DNA from: a virus
UHGV virus genome: UHGV-1353844
DNA: 64,000 nt
Reading direction: 5' to 3' (one strand)
Shown: in pieces, positions 9,497 to 18,136 of the stretch
How positions within the stretch are numbered: position 1 is the first letter of the stretch
Layout of the letters: every line of letters begins with the position of its first letter
Made by a program: the position numbers and the translations under genes
The notes under the pieces: model-generated
The model's input: the letters and a program-made list of their open reading frames with translations, nothing else
What the model was told of the DNA's origin: nothing
The model's database searches: none

Positions 9497-9599
9497 CGCG
9501 TTAACTCACAGTAAGTAAAAAGGTTTAAGAGGTCGTTTTACATCCCTCAGCCAGCATAGGAATAGTCGGGTAGGGTGTAAGTAAAGTAGCGTCAAAATA

Positions 9600-9656
9600 A
9601 CAAAAAAGAAAAGGGAAAGAAAATTAATTCCGCTATAGACCGAAGCCTATAGCGGA
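9600..9656 (-). terminator. rho-independent terminator
   Basis: ccgctatag-accgaagc-ctatagcgg hairpin preceded by A-rich run on plus strand. Confidence 0.6.
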
Positions 9657-9662
9657 GAGAGG

Positions 9663-10094
9663 TTAGCGAACGTTGTGTGCTAGGTACATCAGGGTCCGGG
9701 TGTCGATATCACGAGAAGTTTGCGACATCTGACTCAGTAGAGTGCTGGCAGTAGGGTCGTTGTAAACACGACTTAACCACTCGTCAACCATTTCTGGTAC
9801 AGTGTCGACTAAAAGCGGATAGTTAAGATTTTCCAGTGTGTATTCAACGAATTCGTGCATCAGATTCTGGTCACGATGCATAGAGTCGCCTAATTCACCT
9901 GCGGGATACTCTTCACGAGGACGTTTACCCCAGCTACAGATGTGCATGTAGTTAGTATTCACAATTTCCTGATATTCTTCTAACTTAACTAAATCGAAAT
10001 CAGTATTTGGACGACAGAAACCTGCTAAAACGCCCAGGGCAATCGGGTTGTTGCGAATGTAGTTACGGATATCATCTTTTAATACGAAAAACAT
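9663..10094 (-). CDS. hypothetical protein, paralog of 11352-11783
   Basis: 143-aa ORF; shared DxRxYIR and YPxGxxG motifs. Confidence 0.6.
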   Translation of the reverse strand: MFFVLKDDIRNYIRNNPIALGVLAGFCRPNTDFDLVKLEEYQEIVNTNYMHICSWGKRPREEYPAGELGDSMHRDQNLMHEFVEYTLENLNYPLLVDTVPEMVDEWLSRVYNDPTASTLLSQMSQTSRDIDTRTLMYLAHNVR

Positions 10095-10114
10095 TTTAAT
10101 GCTCCTTTAGGTAA

Positions 10115-10150
10115 ATACAATAATAGAGGGGTGGTTTACCACCCCTTGGA
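10115..10150 (-). terminator. rho-independent terminator
   Basis: aggggtgg-ttta-ccacccct hairpin. Confidence 0.55.
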
Positions 10151-10163
10151 CGATTTTAGTTAA

Positions 10164-11330
10164 TTAGCGATGCTTCTGACAGTTAGGGCAGTTGCAACCT
10201 ACGCCAGAAGATATTTCTCTAAAGTACGCGTCGAGTAAGTGCTCGTTATTATTAAGAAAACGAACTGACCACAAGTCACGCAGATGAGTTTTTAACTTTC
10301 CAATAATACCGGGTTCATAGTTGAGTAGAATGGTAAGTGTATCGTTTTTGTAAGTCCACTGACGGACTTTCTCAGGAAACCAACGAGTGATATCACGCAT
10401 AAACGTATCGGCATCTTCTTTCCCAATAGTAGTGATTGTTAGAAGACGTAGACGGTTGTCAACAATCTCATTAATGAGACTATGAATTTCTTCTTCAAAA
10501 GCAATGTTCCACCATTTCCATTTAAAGGTGAGTTTTTCGCCCTCGAGTTTGGTCTCTACCTTGGTAGAATAGAATGCTGTCAAAGTGTCATTAATCGCTT
10601 CGGCATCTGGACCAGTGTATGTAAAGGCTTTCAACACATCGGACTCTTCACGCGGTTGCTCCCCTTCTTCGAGTTGGTTAAGAAAAATTTTCTTTGTTAA
10701 CTTACGCATACAGATGTTCAGTTGATTAATAACAACAGGGTCATTATCAACAAGCACAGTTAGAGTATCGCCAGCATAATTAGACTGGCGAATTTTCTCC
10801 TTGTGTTCGTGAACAACTATACGCATGAATTCGTCCGCTTCACCTTTTCCGATACCTTGAAACGAAATAAGTCGAACGGTGTCGTTATCGATCAGCTCAG
10901 CGACAGAACGTACTTCTTCCATGAGGTTACGATCGTCATTCTTCAATCGAACGACGAGTTTGCTGTTATCCCAGTAAATGCCTAAATCATCGGGATAGAA
11001 GGTCTCTAACGCCTCTTTAATATCCTTAATCTTTTCGCCTTCGTACCAGAGGACGTGCGGTTCGTCTTTCTGCTGCTCTTCGACTTTCGGTTGCTCTGTC
11101 TCGGTTGTTTCTACCGGGTTGAGCAACTCACCGATTTCCACCGCGATAGTGTCGCAAAGGTAATCGTTGCTGTGAGTCCAGTAGAACACGATGCTTTCAT
11201 CGTTGACTTGTTCTACACGGAAATGCACACCTTTATCCAGGAATATACGATAAAGTTGATCGAGTAACTGTGCTTCAGGAACCGGACGGATTTCAGTTTT
11301 AACGAGCGGTGTAATCTCAATATTAAACAT
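10164..11330 (-). CDS. hypothetical protein with internal repeated ~60-aa domain and C-terminal CxC..C motif
   Basis: 388-aa ORF; repeats around GKGEADEFMRIVV and GKEDADTFMRDIT; antisense ORFs 10482-11267 are shadows. Confidence 0.65.
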   Translation of the reverse strand: MFNIEITPLVKTEIRPVPEAQLLDQLYRIFLDKGVHFRVEQVNDESIVFYWTHSNDYLCDTIAVEIGELLNPVETTETEQPKVEEQQKDEPHVLWYEGEKIKDIKEALETFYPDDLGIYWDNSKLVVRLKNDDRNLMEEVRSVAELIDNDTVRLISFQGIGKGEADEFMRIVVHEHKEKIRQSNYAGDTLTVLVDNDPVVINQLNICMRKLTKKIFLNQLEEGEQPREESDVLKAFTYTGPDAEAINDTLTAFYSTKVETKLEGEKLTFKWKWWNIAFEEEIHSLINEIVDNRLRLLTITTIGKEDADTFMRDITRWFPEKVRQWTYKNDTLTILLNYEPGIIGKLKTHLRDLWSVRFLNNNEHLLDAYFREISSGVGCNCPNCQKHR

Positions 11331-11351
11331 GGTACTTTTCCTTTTGGTAAA

Positions 11352-11783
11352 TTATTCGTAGTTGTGCTTAAGGAACTCTAAAGCACGTTGGTCATTGGTT
11401 AATGCTACCGCCGACATTTTCTTTAAGGCTTGACGACAGTAAGCGTCACTCACAATACGTTGCTGCCAAGCATTAACAATTTCCGTGACTGTTTCTCCTT
11501 CTACAGCCGTATTGAGTTTATCGATAAAGTGACGTCCCATCAGATACGCAACTGCGTAGTCTGTGAACATCTCTGTACCGAAATCGCCGTCTGGGTAGTC
11601 AGCACGTTTCCGCACTGACATATCGGTAACAATTTGATACGACGACTTCACCACTTCGTGGAATTTTTCTACCGTTAAGGTATTAAGGTCCATACCCGAT
11701 AAAGAGAGTGAAGCCAGTACCGGAATACTGGCTGGGTATTTACGAATGTAATCACGCAAATCAGAATTTAGGGTTTTCATCAA
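11352..11783 (-). CDS. hypothetical protein, paralog of 9663-10094
   Basis: 143-aa ORF. Confidence 0.6.
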   Translation of the reverse strand: MMKTLNSDLRDYIRKYPASIPVLASLSLSGMDLNTLTVEKFHEVVKSSYQIVTDMSVRKRADYPDGDFGTEMFTDYAVAYLMGRHFIDKLNTAVEGETVTEIVNAWQQRIVSDAYCRQALKKMSAVALTNDQRALEFLKHNYE

Positions 11784-12525
11784 TTAATCCTGCCTTTATC
11801 CAATTTAAATAGTTAACACCAACTTTTACCGGAGTAAGTTTGTCGAGTTCCTTTATTAGCAGATCGTAGACGCGACGACCGACGCGGTTGTCACAAGTGA
11901 ACGAAGTTAATCCGTTAGCTCTTACAGTCACGCAAAACATTTCGCGAGTTTGTAAGTAGTCGTCATTGATTTTGTCTACAATTCCTTTGATCTCTTCGTA
12001 ATTGTAATAAGCAATCCGATCTTTGTGTAATAAGAACCATTCCGTAGCCTCGAATCTTCCCGGTACATGCGGAATATAGTCATAACGAATAAGGTTGTTA
12101 GGATGTACTTTTCCGTCGTAAGCGAGGGTGTAAAGATCTACGCAGTATGAAGGGTTGTGTTCAAAAAACTCTCTGAGTTTAGTGAGGTTTTTCTTTGGAG
12201 AATGCTTAAAATAAACAATATAGTTATTGCTATCAACCTCAACGATACCGTATAGTTTCTCAGAAACTGCCATAAATAACTTCTCGGCAGACTTTATGTC
12301 TTCTCCAGGTTTAACAAAGTTCAGAACTAAACAGGTAGCTTCGTCGGCAATAACGTCGGTAATGAATTCGTTTGCCCTATTTAATTCAACTTCATCAAAA
12401 CCGGCAATCTTAAGTTCGTTCCCGTAGAATTGATAAGCTAAATGCGGTGTAGAATTTTTCAGGAAGCTCGTGATAATGTGTCCTTGCTCGCGTACGTTGC
12501 TGTTTTTGAATTCGATAGTTTTCAT
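11761..12525 (-). CDS. hypothetical protein
   Basis: 254-aa ORF. Confidence 0.6.
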   Translation of the reverse strand: MKTIEFKNSNVREQGHIITSFLKNSTPHLAYQFYGNELKIAGFDEVELNRANEFITDVIADEATCLVLNFVKPGEDIKSAEKLFMAVSEKLYGIVEVDSNNYIVYFKHSPKKNLTKLREFFEHNPSYCVDLYTLAYDGKVHPNNLIRYDYIPHVPGRFEATEWFLLHKDRIAYYNYEEIKGIVDKINDDYLQTREMFCVTVRANGLTSFTCDNRVGRRVYDLLIKELDKLTPVKVGVNYLNWIKAGLIDENPKF

Positions 12526-12571
12526 TTTTATTTTTCCTTTTAGATTTACAAGTCGAAGTGTTAATTTAGGT

Positions 12572-13066
12572 TTAGAGATGTTTTCCGATAACTTCCGAAA
12601 CTAATTCGTAAAGGTCATCGTCACTACACACATCCACACTAATTCCGATATCGATACTACGACTACGGAACCCTACTTTGAGCGATTTACCGAATTCGGT
12701 TTGGAGGGCTTTGTAGAGGATGTTCTTATCTTCTTCTGTGAGGTGTGCAGGTAGTCTAACGGTGAACTTGTAATGCTCTTTCGAAACAAGTTCGTTGGAA
12801 TAATTAAGACGATTAGCTCCACGCGTTCCGATAATCTGTGTTACCAGCTTAAACATTTCTTCATCGGTATACGCTGTTGCGCTGTAACCGATATCAATAG
12901 TGTTTCTGCGGAAACCTGCGCAGAACAAAGCACCGAACTGCTCACGGAATTCTTTGTGCAGAACATCTTTTTCTACGTCCAGTAATCCGTAACCCAAGTC
13001 AACGGTGAATTTGTATTTTTCTTTGTCAACTAATTCGTTAGTGTAATCAAGTCTAGTGAAGTTCAT
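12572..13066 (-). CDS. hypothetical protein made of two tandem ~80-aa repeats
   Basis: LDYTNELVDKEKYKFTV... and LNYSNELVSKEHYKFTV... halves. Confidence 0.6.
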   Translation of the reverse strand: MNFTRLDYTNELVDKEKYKFTVDLGYGLLDVEKDVLHKEFREQFGALFCAGFRRNTIDIGYSATAYTDEEMFKLVTQIIGTRGANRLNYSNELVSKEHYKFTVRLPAHLTEEDKNILYKALQTEFGKSLKVGFRSRSIDIGISVDVCSDDDLYELVSEVIGKHL

Positions 13067-13117
13067 GGTATATGCTCCTAAAATGGTTTTAGTTAAGTGA
13101 GAGTAGCTGAACTCTCA

Positions 13118-13137
13118 CCTAGGTAATATATATCTGA
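13118..13137 (-). promoter_or_regulatory. candidate phage promoter motif (minus orientation TCAGATATATATTACCTAGG), followed by hairpin 13097-13118
   Basis: conserved motif shared with 16737, 36985, 58107, 53194, 32332. Confidence 0.45.
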
Positions 13138-13148
13138 AATTATTTTTA

Positions 13149-13430
13149 TTAAAACCCCGCAATAAAGCTACCTAACGAAAGCCGCTGTAGGTATTTTGGC
13201 TTACGTGCCAGGTAACAGTTCTTAGGATTACCTATCGCCATCTGTGCAACCGCACGTTCTAAACGCGGTGCTTCTAAGATAGCACGATAGTTCCCTTCGT
13301 AATGCATTAACCATGCACACTCTTCAACAAAACGTTTTGCTTCTCGGTATTCTAACGTACGAATACGTTTCTTACCACGATACAAAACCACATCACCATT
13401 ACTACGAAATACAACCGTTTCACGCTTCAT
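13149..13430 (-). CDS. hypothetical protein
   Basis: 93-aa ORF. Confidence 0.5.
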   Translation of the reverse strand: MKRETVVFRSNGDVVLYRGKKRIRTLEYREAKRFVEECAWLMHYEGNYRAILEAPRLERAVAQMAIGNPKNCYLARKPKYLQRLSLGSFIAGF

Positions 13431-13773
13431 TAATAACCTCCCAATTCGCTCTTATAACTTCACGTTTATAATCATCAATTTCTTTACGGTAGAACTCTGT
13501 TTTTTCTTTTAATAATTTTAATATCTCTTCTTTAGGTAATTTTCCCTCACAACCCAATTCAGCAATAGCACAAACAAGGATGGTCAGATATTCCACTGAA
13601 CCGGTTTTCGCGCGGTATTCAGAGATAAGTTCTTTTTGCGTTTCAACTGTTTCTTCTAATAACTTGATATATTCTTCGTGCTTTGCACACTCTTTGCATT
13701 TTCCGAAACCTAACAATTTAAAAACCATTGTTACCACCGTTAGCAATCCAGGTTGCAACACGAACGTGTGCAT
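13420..13773 (-). CDS. hypothetical protein (start uncertain; overlaps upstream ORF)
   Basis: 117-aa ORF. Confidence 0.5.
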   Translation of the reverse strand: MHTFVLQPGLLTVVTMVFKLLGFGKCKECAKHEEYIKLLEETVETQKELISEYRAKTGSVEYLTILVCAIAELGCEGKLPKEEILKLLKEKTEFYRKEIDDYKREVIRANWEVINEA

Positions 13774-14026
13774 TGTGAAAGTTAGAGACTAAGAGTATCA
13801 CGCCACCTAACGTACGTGGAACACGTAAGGCTTCGAAACGACGACAGTAAGAACGTACGCAATACTCAGAACCCAAGATAACGACTTCGCAGTATTCTGA
13901 ACGAATCGGCAGTAGTTGAGAAACGAGTTTATCGCACGTTTCTTTATTGTCTTCTAACAATCCGCCACTGAGAATATAGTTGACAATGTTCTCAGGTGCT
14001 GATGTGTTCGTGATTTTACTTTCCAT
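13718..14026 (-). CDS. hypothetical Cys-rich protein
   Basis: 102-aa ORF. Confidence 0.45.
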   Translation of the reverse strand: MESKITNTSAPENIVNYILSGGLLEDNKETCDKLVSQLLPIRSEYCEVVILGSEYCVRSYCRRFEALRVPRTLGGVILLVSNFHNAHVRVATWIANGGNNGF

Positions 14027-14029
14027 CTT

Positions 14030-14404
14030 TTAAATCTCCACCGTAGTTCGTTCAGTTTCTTTAATAAATCTATGGACCGACTCACCTAATTTCTTTACAC
14101 TATTACTAAGTTTAATAAGCGTATCGAAATAGTGTTGCGCTGTTCGACCAAATAACATCGGTCCTGCTTTCAGTTCCAATGCAGAAACCAGATAGAGTTC
14201 GGGAAGAAAAATAGCACCGCCTTTACGACCTATCCTGACGGTGATATTGCGTACCTGAACATTAATTAGTTTACCGTCAGGGAGTACCACAATTTCGGTA
14301 TACCAGTCTGTTGCTTTAACGATCGTTCTGACATTCTCACCACAAGCCCAGGTTTTAAACGAGGTGTCTAGCCAACATCTGAATTTGTATAACAGTAATG
14401 ACAT
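14030..14404 (-). CDS. hypothetical protein
   Basis: 124-aa ORF. Confidence 0.5.
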   Translation of the reverse strand: MSLLLYKFRCWLDTSFKTWACGENVRTIVKATDWYTEIVVLPDGKLINVQVRNITVRIGRKGGAIFLPELYLVSALELKAGPMLFGRTAQHYFDTLIKLSNSVKKLGESVHRFIKETERTTVEI

Positions 14405-14446
14405 ATTGTTACTCCACCCTCTCAGGAATTCCTGAGAGGGGTTATA

Positions 14447-14728
14447 TCACAGCTTCTCTTCTATTGTGTCGATTCGAACTAACGCGTCGTGACTGACTTT
14501 CCGTGCGTGTCCAATCGTACTGCCTAAAGCTTTTGTTGTTGGGTCTAAGGTATTCAGACGGTGATACTGATAATCGATATCGCGTATACAGCGCGCCTGT
14601 TGTTTTACCATCCGAATTAACTGTCGTTTGGTTTGACGATTGTTACTAAGCTGCTGCCGTAACCGCGTGTTTTCTTTATAAAGCTCCTGTTGACGTGAGT
14701 TAATTAAACCCAACAACCAATCTAACAT
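14447..14728 (-). CDS. hypothetical coiled-coil protein
   Basis: 93-aa ORF. Confidence 0.5.
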   Translation of the reverse strand: MLDWLLGLINSRQQELYKENTRLRQQLSNNRQTKRQLIRMVKQQARCIRDIDYQYHRLNTLDPTTKALGSTIGHARKVSHDALVRIDTIEEKL

Positions 14729-14730
14729 TT

Positions 14731-15246
14731 TTACCCCCGGTGCAAGAAAATACGGTTAGTGTTTTCGAATTTCGGTTCTGTCCACTCTAGTTCCCAGTAA
14801 GCCTGGTTAATATCGCGAGACGTAAGTTTCAGATTCGAAACATTGGGGATATCGCACATTTGAAGTAAACGGATAATCGTCACCAGCTCTTTACGAGGTC
14901 GGTCCCAGATAACCTCCAGATATTCTTTTAAACGTTCTGGATAAGCGACAGGACGAATATAGACCATACCCGACGGATACTCAATCGCTGAAGGTGTTTT
15001 AGGGACTAACCAAACCCAGTCTTTTAATACTGGGCCAGGATGATAATTCGAGAGCTGGGTAAGTGCGTTGGCGACAGAACGGCAACGGAAATACATGATG
15101 TCCCAGTCTTTCTCGAAACAGTTGTGTGCGACAACGACTTTTAATGGGTCGATAGGTTTACCGTCAATCGTAGTAACACCTGGCTGATTAGCCAAGATTT
15201 GACGTTCACGTTTGGTATAAAGATTCATGTTGATTGTTACAGACAT
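14731..15246 (-). CDS. hypothetical protein
   Basis: 171-aa ORF. Confidence 0.6.
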   Translation of the reverse strand: MSVTINMNLYTKRERQILANQPGVTTIDGKPIDPLKVVVAHNCFEKDWDIMYFRCRSVANALTQLSNYHPGPVLKDWVWLVPKTPSAIEYPSGMVYIRPVAYPERLKEYLEVIWDRPRKELVTIIRLLQMCDIPNVSNLKLTSRDINQAYWELEWTEPKFENTNRIFLHRG

Positions 15247-15288
15247 TTAATGCTCCTTTAGGTAAATAGTGGGGTAATTAAGCCTTCG

Positions 15289-16131
15289 TTATTTAAGATT
15301 CCGAACTTCTCTCATCTCGTTACAAAATCTATCAAACAGCTGGGCGTATTCGCCAACGTGAGCTTCTAGCTGTCCAAAAAAGTGGCGTGAAAGTCGTTCG
15401 CTGATTTCTTTTTCGTATTTCTTGAGAACGTGTTTAAAATATTCACCATCTCTCTTAATTTTCTGCGCAAGGGGTTCCAGAACTTTAAGAACCCATGGTT
15501 TGTTTGGGATCAAGAGATTCAGGTTACCTTCAAGATATTTGCTTTGATAAATTATAAATAGATGGTGTTCGTGTTCATCTTTCACTGCGCGAATAAACTC
15601 GGCAGCATCGGCCTCGCTAATATCCTCAACTGTAAATAGCAGAATATTTTCTTTCTCTATGTCATTCAATAGGTTATTTAAAAAAGCGCGATAAGTAGCA
15701 CCTTCATAGTTCACTTTAAGCACGTTGTTTTCAACCAGATAAGTGAATTTGTCGTTGTAAAAAAGGTATAATATCGAACCGATTTTACCTGCCTGTTTGG
15801 GGGTAAGTGGAATCTCGTCTGTGAAGTAAGCGACGTCTTTCGCAGTTGGCTTGTCTTTTAGCCTACAAGTCATTTGATCCGGAATTTCTGGATCTTTAGG
15901 CGTCTCAACAGCCCGTACTAAAATATCCATAACCGCACTAATGAGCTTGTTAGGGAAATCGACCTCGCCTTCTACCCAGAAAATGTTAAACGCTTCTGAT
16001 TTAACTTTATAGTAAAACGTGTACGTGTTTTGTAGCTCAGTGATTTCTTTAATTTGATCCTCAGTAGGGATAGGGGAAATTTTAAACTTGTTGATAACCT
16101 TTTCTTCTTCGGTGAGTTCGAACTGAAACAT
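15289..16131 (-). CDS. hypothetical protein with ADxFxRxV-type domain related to 10164-11330
   Basis: 280-aa ORF; EADAAEFIRAVKDEHEHH segment. Confidence 0.6.
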   Translation of the reverse strand: MFQFELTEEEKVINKFKISPIPTEDQIKEITELQNTYTFYYKVKSEAFNIFWVEGEVDFPNKLISAVMDILVRAVETPKDPEIPDQMTCRLKDKPTAKDVAYFTDEIPLTPKQAGKIGSILYLFYNDKFTYLVENNVLKVNYEGATYRAFLNNLLNDIEKENILLFTVEDISEADAAEFIRAVKDEHEHHLFIIYQSKYLEGNLNLLIPNKPWVLKVLEPLAQKIKRDGEYFKHVLKKYEKEISERLSRHFFGQLEAHVGEYAQLFDRFCNEMREVRNLK

Positions 16132-16142
16132 GCTACTCCTCC

Positions 16143-16586
16143 TTAAATCATTGCTGGGAATTCGAAATCAATCTTATTTACGATCCCGTAATCTTCTTTT
16201 AGTTGAATGTTTAATGTTCCCTGAAATAACTCAAGAGAACCGATGAAGAACGCTGTGTAACAGTTTCCACGAACAGAAAAGGCAAGATCCAATCCCCTTA
16301 AACAGCGTTTTAAGGTATCGTGTTCTTCTTTACTACCGAACAACTGGAAATTGATAACGGTAATCCGTTTGTTAATGATTGCCATTAACCAATCTTTAAT
16401 TCTTCTCGTGGTTATACTCTCTTTAAAATCGTTAGCTTCTGGTAGCCAGGTAACGTGAACAAACGGTGCAGCATAGTCCACGCAAACCTTTTGCTGCCAA
16501 CGTACTTGCATCAAACCACGAATACGATTTGCTAACGTTTCAGAATCACAAAGTAACATAATGCCGTTAGTAGTATTTGGTTTCAT
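16143..16586 (-). CDS. hypothetical protein
   Basis: 147-aa ORF. Confidence 0.6.
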   Translation of the reverse strand: MKPNTTNGIMLLCDSETLANRIRGLMQVRWQQKVCVDYAAPFVHVTWLPEANDFKESITTRRIKDWLMAIINKRITVINFQLFGSKEEHDTLKRCLRGLDLAFSVRGNCYTAFFIGSLELFQGTLNIQLKEDYGIVNKIDFEFPAMI

Positions 16587-16736
16587 AATTGTCCCTCTTT
16601 CTTAACGTAGTCTTCAACTAATTTATCAAACACGATTTTTTATCTTCACCCAATTCACCAGAACAGATAATACGGGTGATAGAACTAATCCTCCTTTCGG
16701 CTATAACTAATAGAGCGAATGTAAATTTCGCTCTCC

Positions 16737-16756
16737 CCTAGGTAATATATATCTGA
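16737..16756 (-). promoter_or_regulatory. candidate phage promoter motif (TCAGATATATATTACCTAGG) downstream of terminator, upstream of hairpin 16712-16734
   Basis: conserved motif. Confidence 0.45.
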
Positions 16757-16802
16757 GAAAAAATAAAAAAGAAAGGTAGTAGGGGCTTAGCCCCTACTAC
16801 CT
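16757..16802 (-). terminator. rho-independent terminator
   Basis: ggtagtagggg-ctta-gcccctactacc hairpin preceded by A-run on plus strand. Confidence 0.65.
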
Positions 16803-16960
16803 AATATTTATTTCATTCCGTTCTGAGAAAGCGTTGTCCCTGTAAGATGCGTAATAACGATCTTAACAGGCAATAGACGCTAACACCACCACACCAGTGA
16901 TGTCTTCTGAAAGTGTCGGTAGCTCGCGAATGCGTACCTTTCCTACCAGTTCAGCCACTA

Positions 16961-17473
16961 TTAACCACCAAAGGTTAAGACGCGATTATCTGCGGTAACG
17001 ATTAAATCGTTGTCTTTTACTACAGCGGCTTCTTCGTCGTTACCGAAAACCAGAACGGAGAATTGGCCTTTATAACCTAACGAGTTGGGTGAAACCTGTA
17101 ACGTTACAGCGTCTTTCCCTACGGTAAATGATTCGTCGGTAAGATCGTCGGGTTGTAAATTACAACCGCAAGCCGCGTTAATTCCGTCGATTAGATCGTG
17201 TGCGGTAAAACCATTACCGGAAACCTTTACCAGAATAGGTTGCTGGTTTAACCACCGCTCTGCGGTTAAACGGTTGTAATAGATTTGTAACGTTCTGTTA
17301 CCAGGACGTTTTATCTTTACAACAGCAGTGGTGTCACGATCCATTTCGTTACTGGTCTTTACGTCGCTGACTTCAACCTCGTTCTCTTGCAGGTCGAGCT
17401 GGAGGTCATGGTTAACCAGTGAAATAACCATGTTAAGTGAAGTTAACGACAAATCAGGCGTGAATTGTTCCAC
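16961..17473 (-). CDS. paralog-family protein (PDLSLTS N-terminus, YYNRL motif); GTG start
   Basis: 170-aa ORF, SD AGGAGG 8 nt upstream of GTG; paralog of 26897-27460. Confidence 0.6.
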   Translation of the reverse strand: MEQFTPDLSLTSLNMVISLVNHDLQLDLQENEVEVSDVKTSNEMDRDTTAVVKIKRPGNRTLQIYYNRLTAERWLNQQPILVKVSGNGFTAHDLIDGINAACGCNLQPDDLTDESFTVGKDAVTLQVSPNSLGYKGQFSVLVFGNDEEAAVVKDNDLIVTADNRVLTFGG

Positions 17474-17572
17474 GTATGGTTACCTCCTATGATTGGGGAG
17501 ACATAAAATGTTGGCTAAAAACATTTCACCCCCCCCCCGATTACGTTTTCAAGCACATTCGCTTGAAAATTA

Positions 17573-18076
17573 TTAACTAATCTTCAAATCTCTTAATGTG
17601 CCGGTTGATTTCATCACGTTTTGGAAAGCAGTGCTAATGTTAGAGGTCCAGTAATAATGTTGACCATTAATAACCTGCTGATAGGCTACCGTACAAGTGT
17701 TGCCGCCTAGATTTACGGTGATGTTAGAAGCTCTCCCACCTTGTAAATAGACCGCTAAACTTGGTTTTGCATCAGCAGCCAATGTGATCAATAGTAGTTG
17801 GATACCAATAAGTGTGCCTACGCCGCAGCTACCAGGATTCTGAATAGTCCCTTTATTTTTCTGCGCTAACGGCCAGTTTGGTCCCACCGCACCCCAAAAT
17901 TTAGCCATTGAATCGCTATATGCAGCAGTTGCGATTTTACAGCCAAGAGATCGGCCCACCATTTGACTCATCATAAAAGGTCTACCCAATCCTAATTTAC
18001 TACCAGCAGCACTCATCCATTGTTCGCCCGTTTCGTTCTTGGCCGAAGAACCGACCCATCCAGATGCTACCCCCAT
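17573..18076 (-). CDS. fibre-associated protein sharing N-terminal ~45 aa with the Gly-rich protein (possible tip adhesin variant)
   Basis: GWVGSSAKNETGEQWMS N-terminus paralogous to 18137-18919. Confidence 0.55.
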   Translation of the reverse strand: MGVASGWVGSSAKNETGEQWMSAAGSKLGLGRPFMMSQMVGRSLGCKIATAAYSDSMAKFWGAVGPNWPLAQKNKGTIQNPGSCGVGTLIGIQLLLITLAADAKPSLAVYLQGGRASNITVNLGGNTCTVAYQQVINGQHYYWTSNISTAFQNVMKSTGTLRDLKIS

Positions 18077-18136
18077 TATACCCTATCCTTTTGAAAGGTG
18101 TGAGGAGGGGAGTGAGTATCCCCATACTTTTTCAAA

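Noticed and set aside
13118-13137. Sigma70 promoter interpretation of the TATATT-containing motif
   Set aside because: No convincing -35 hexamer at the right spacing at any of the sites; the conserved block extends well beyond a -10 hexamer, favouring a phage-specific promoter
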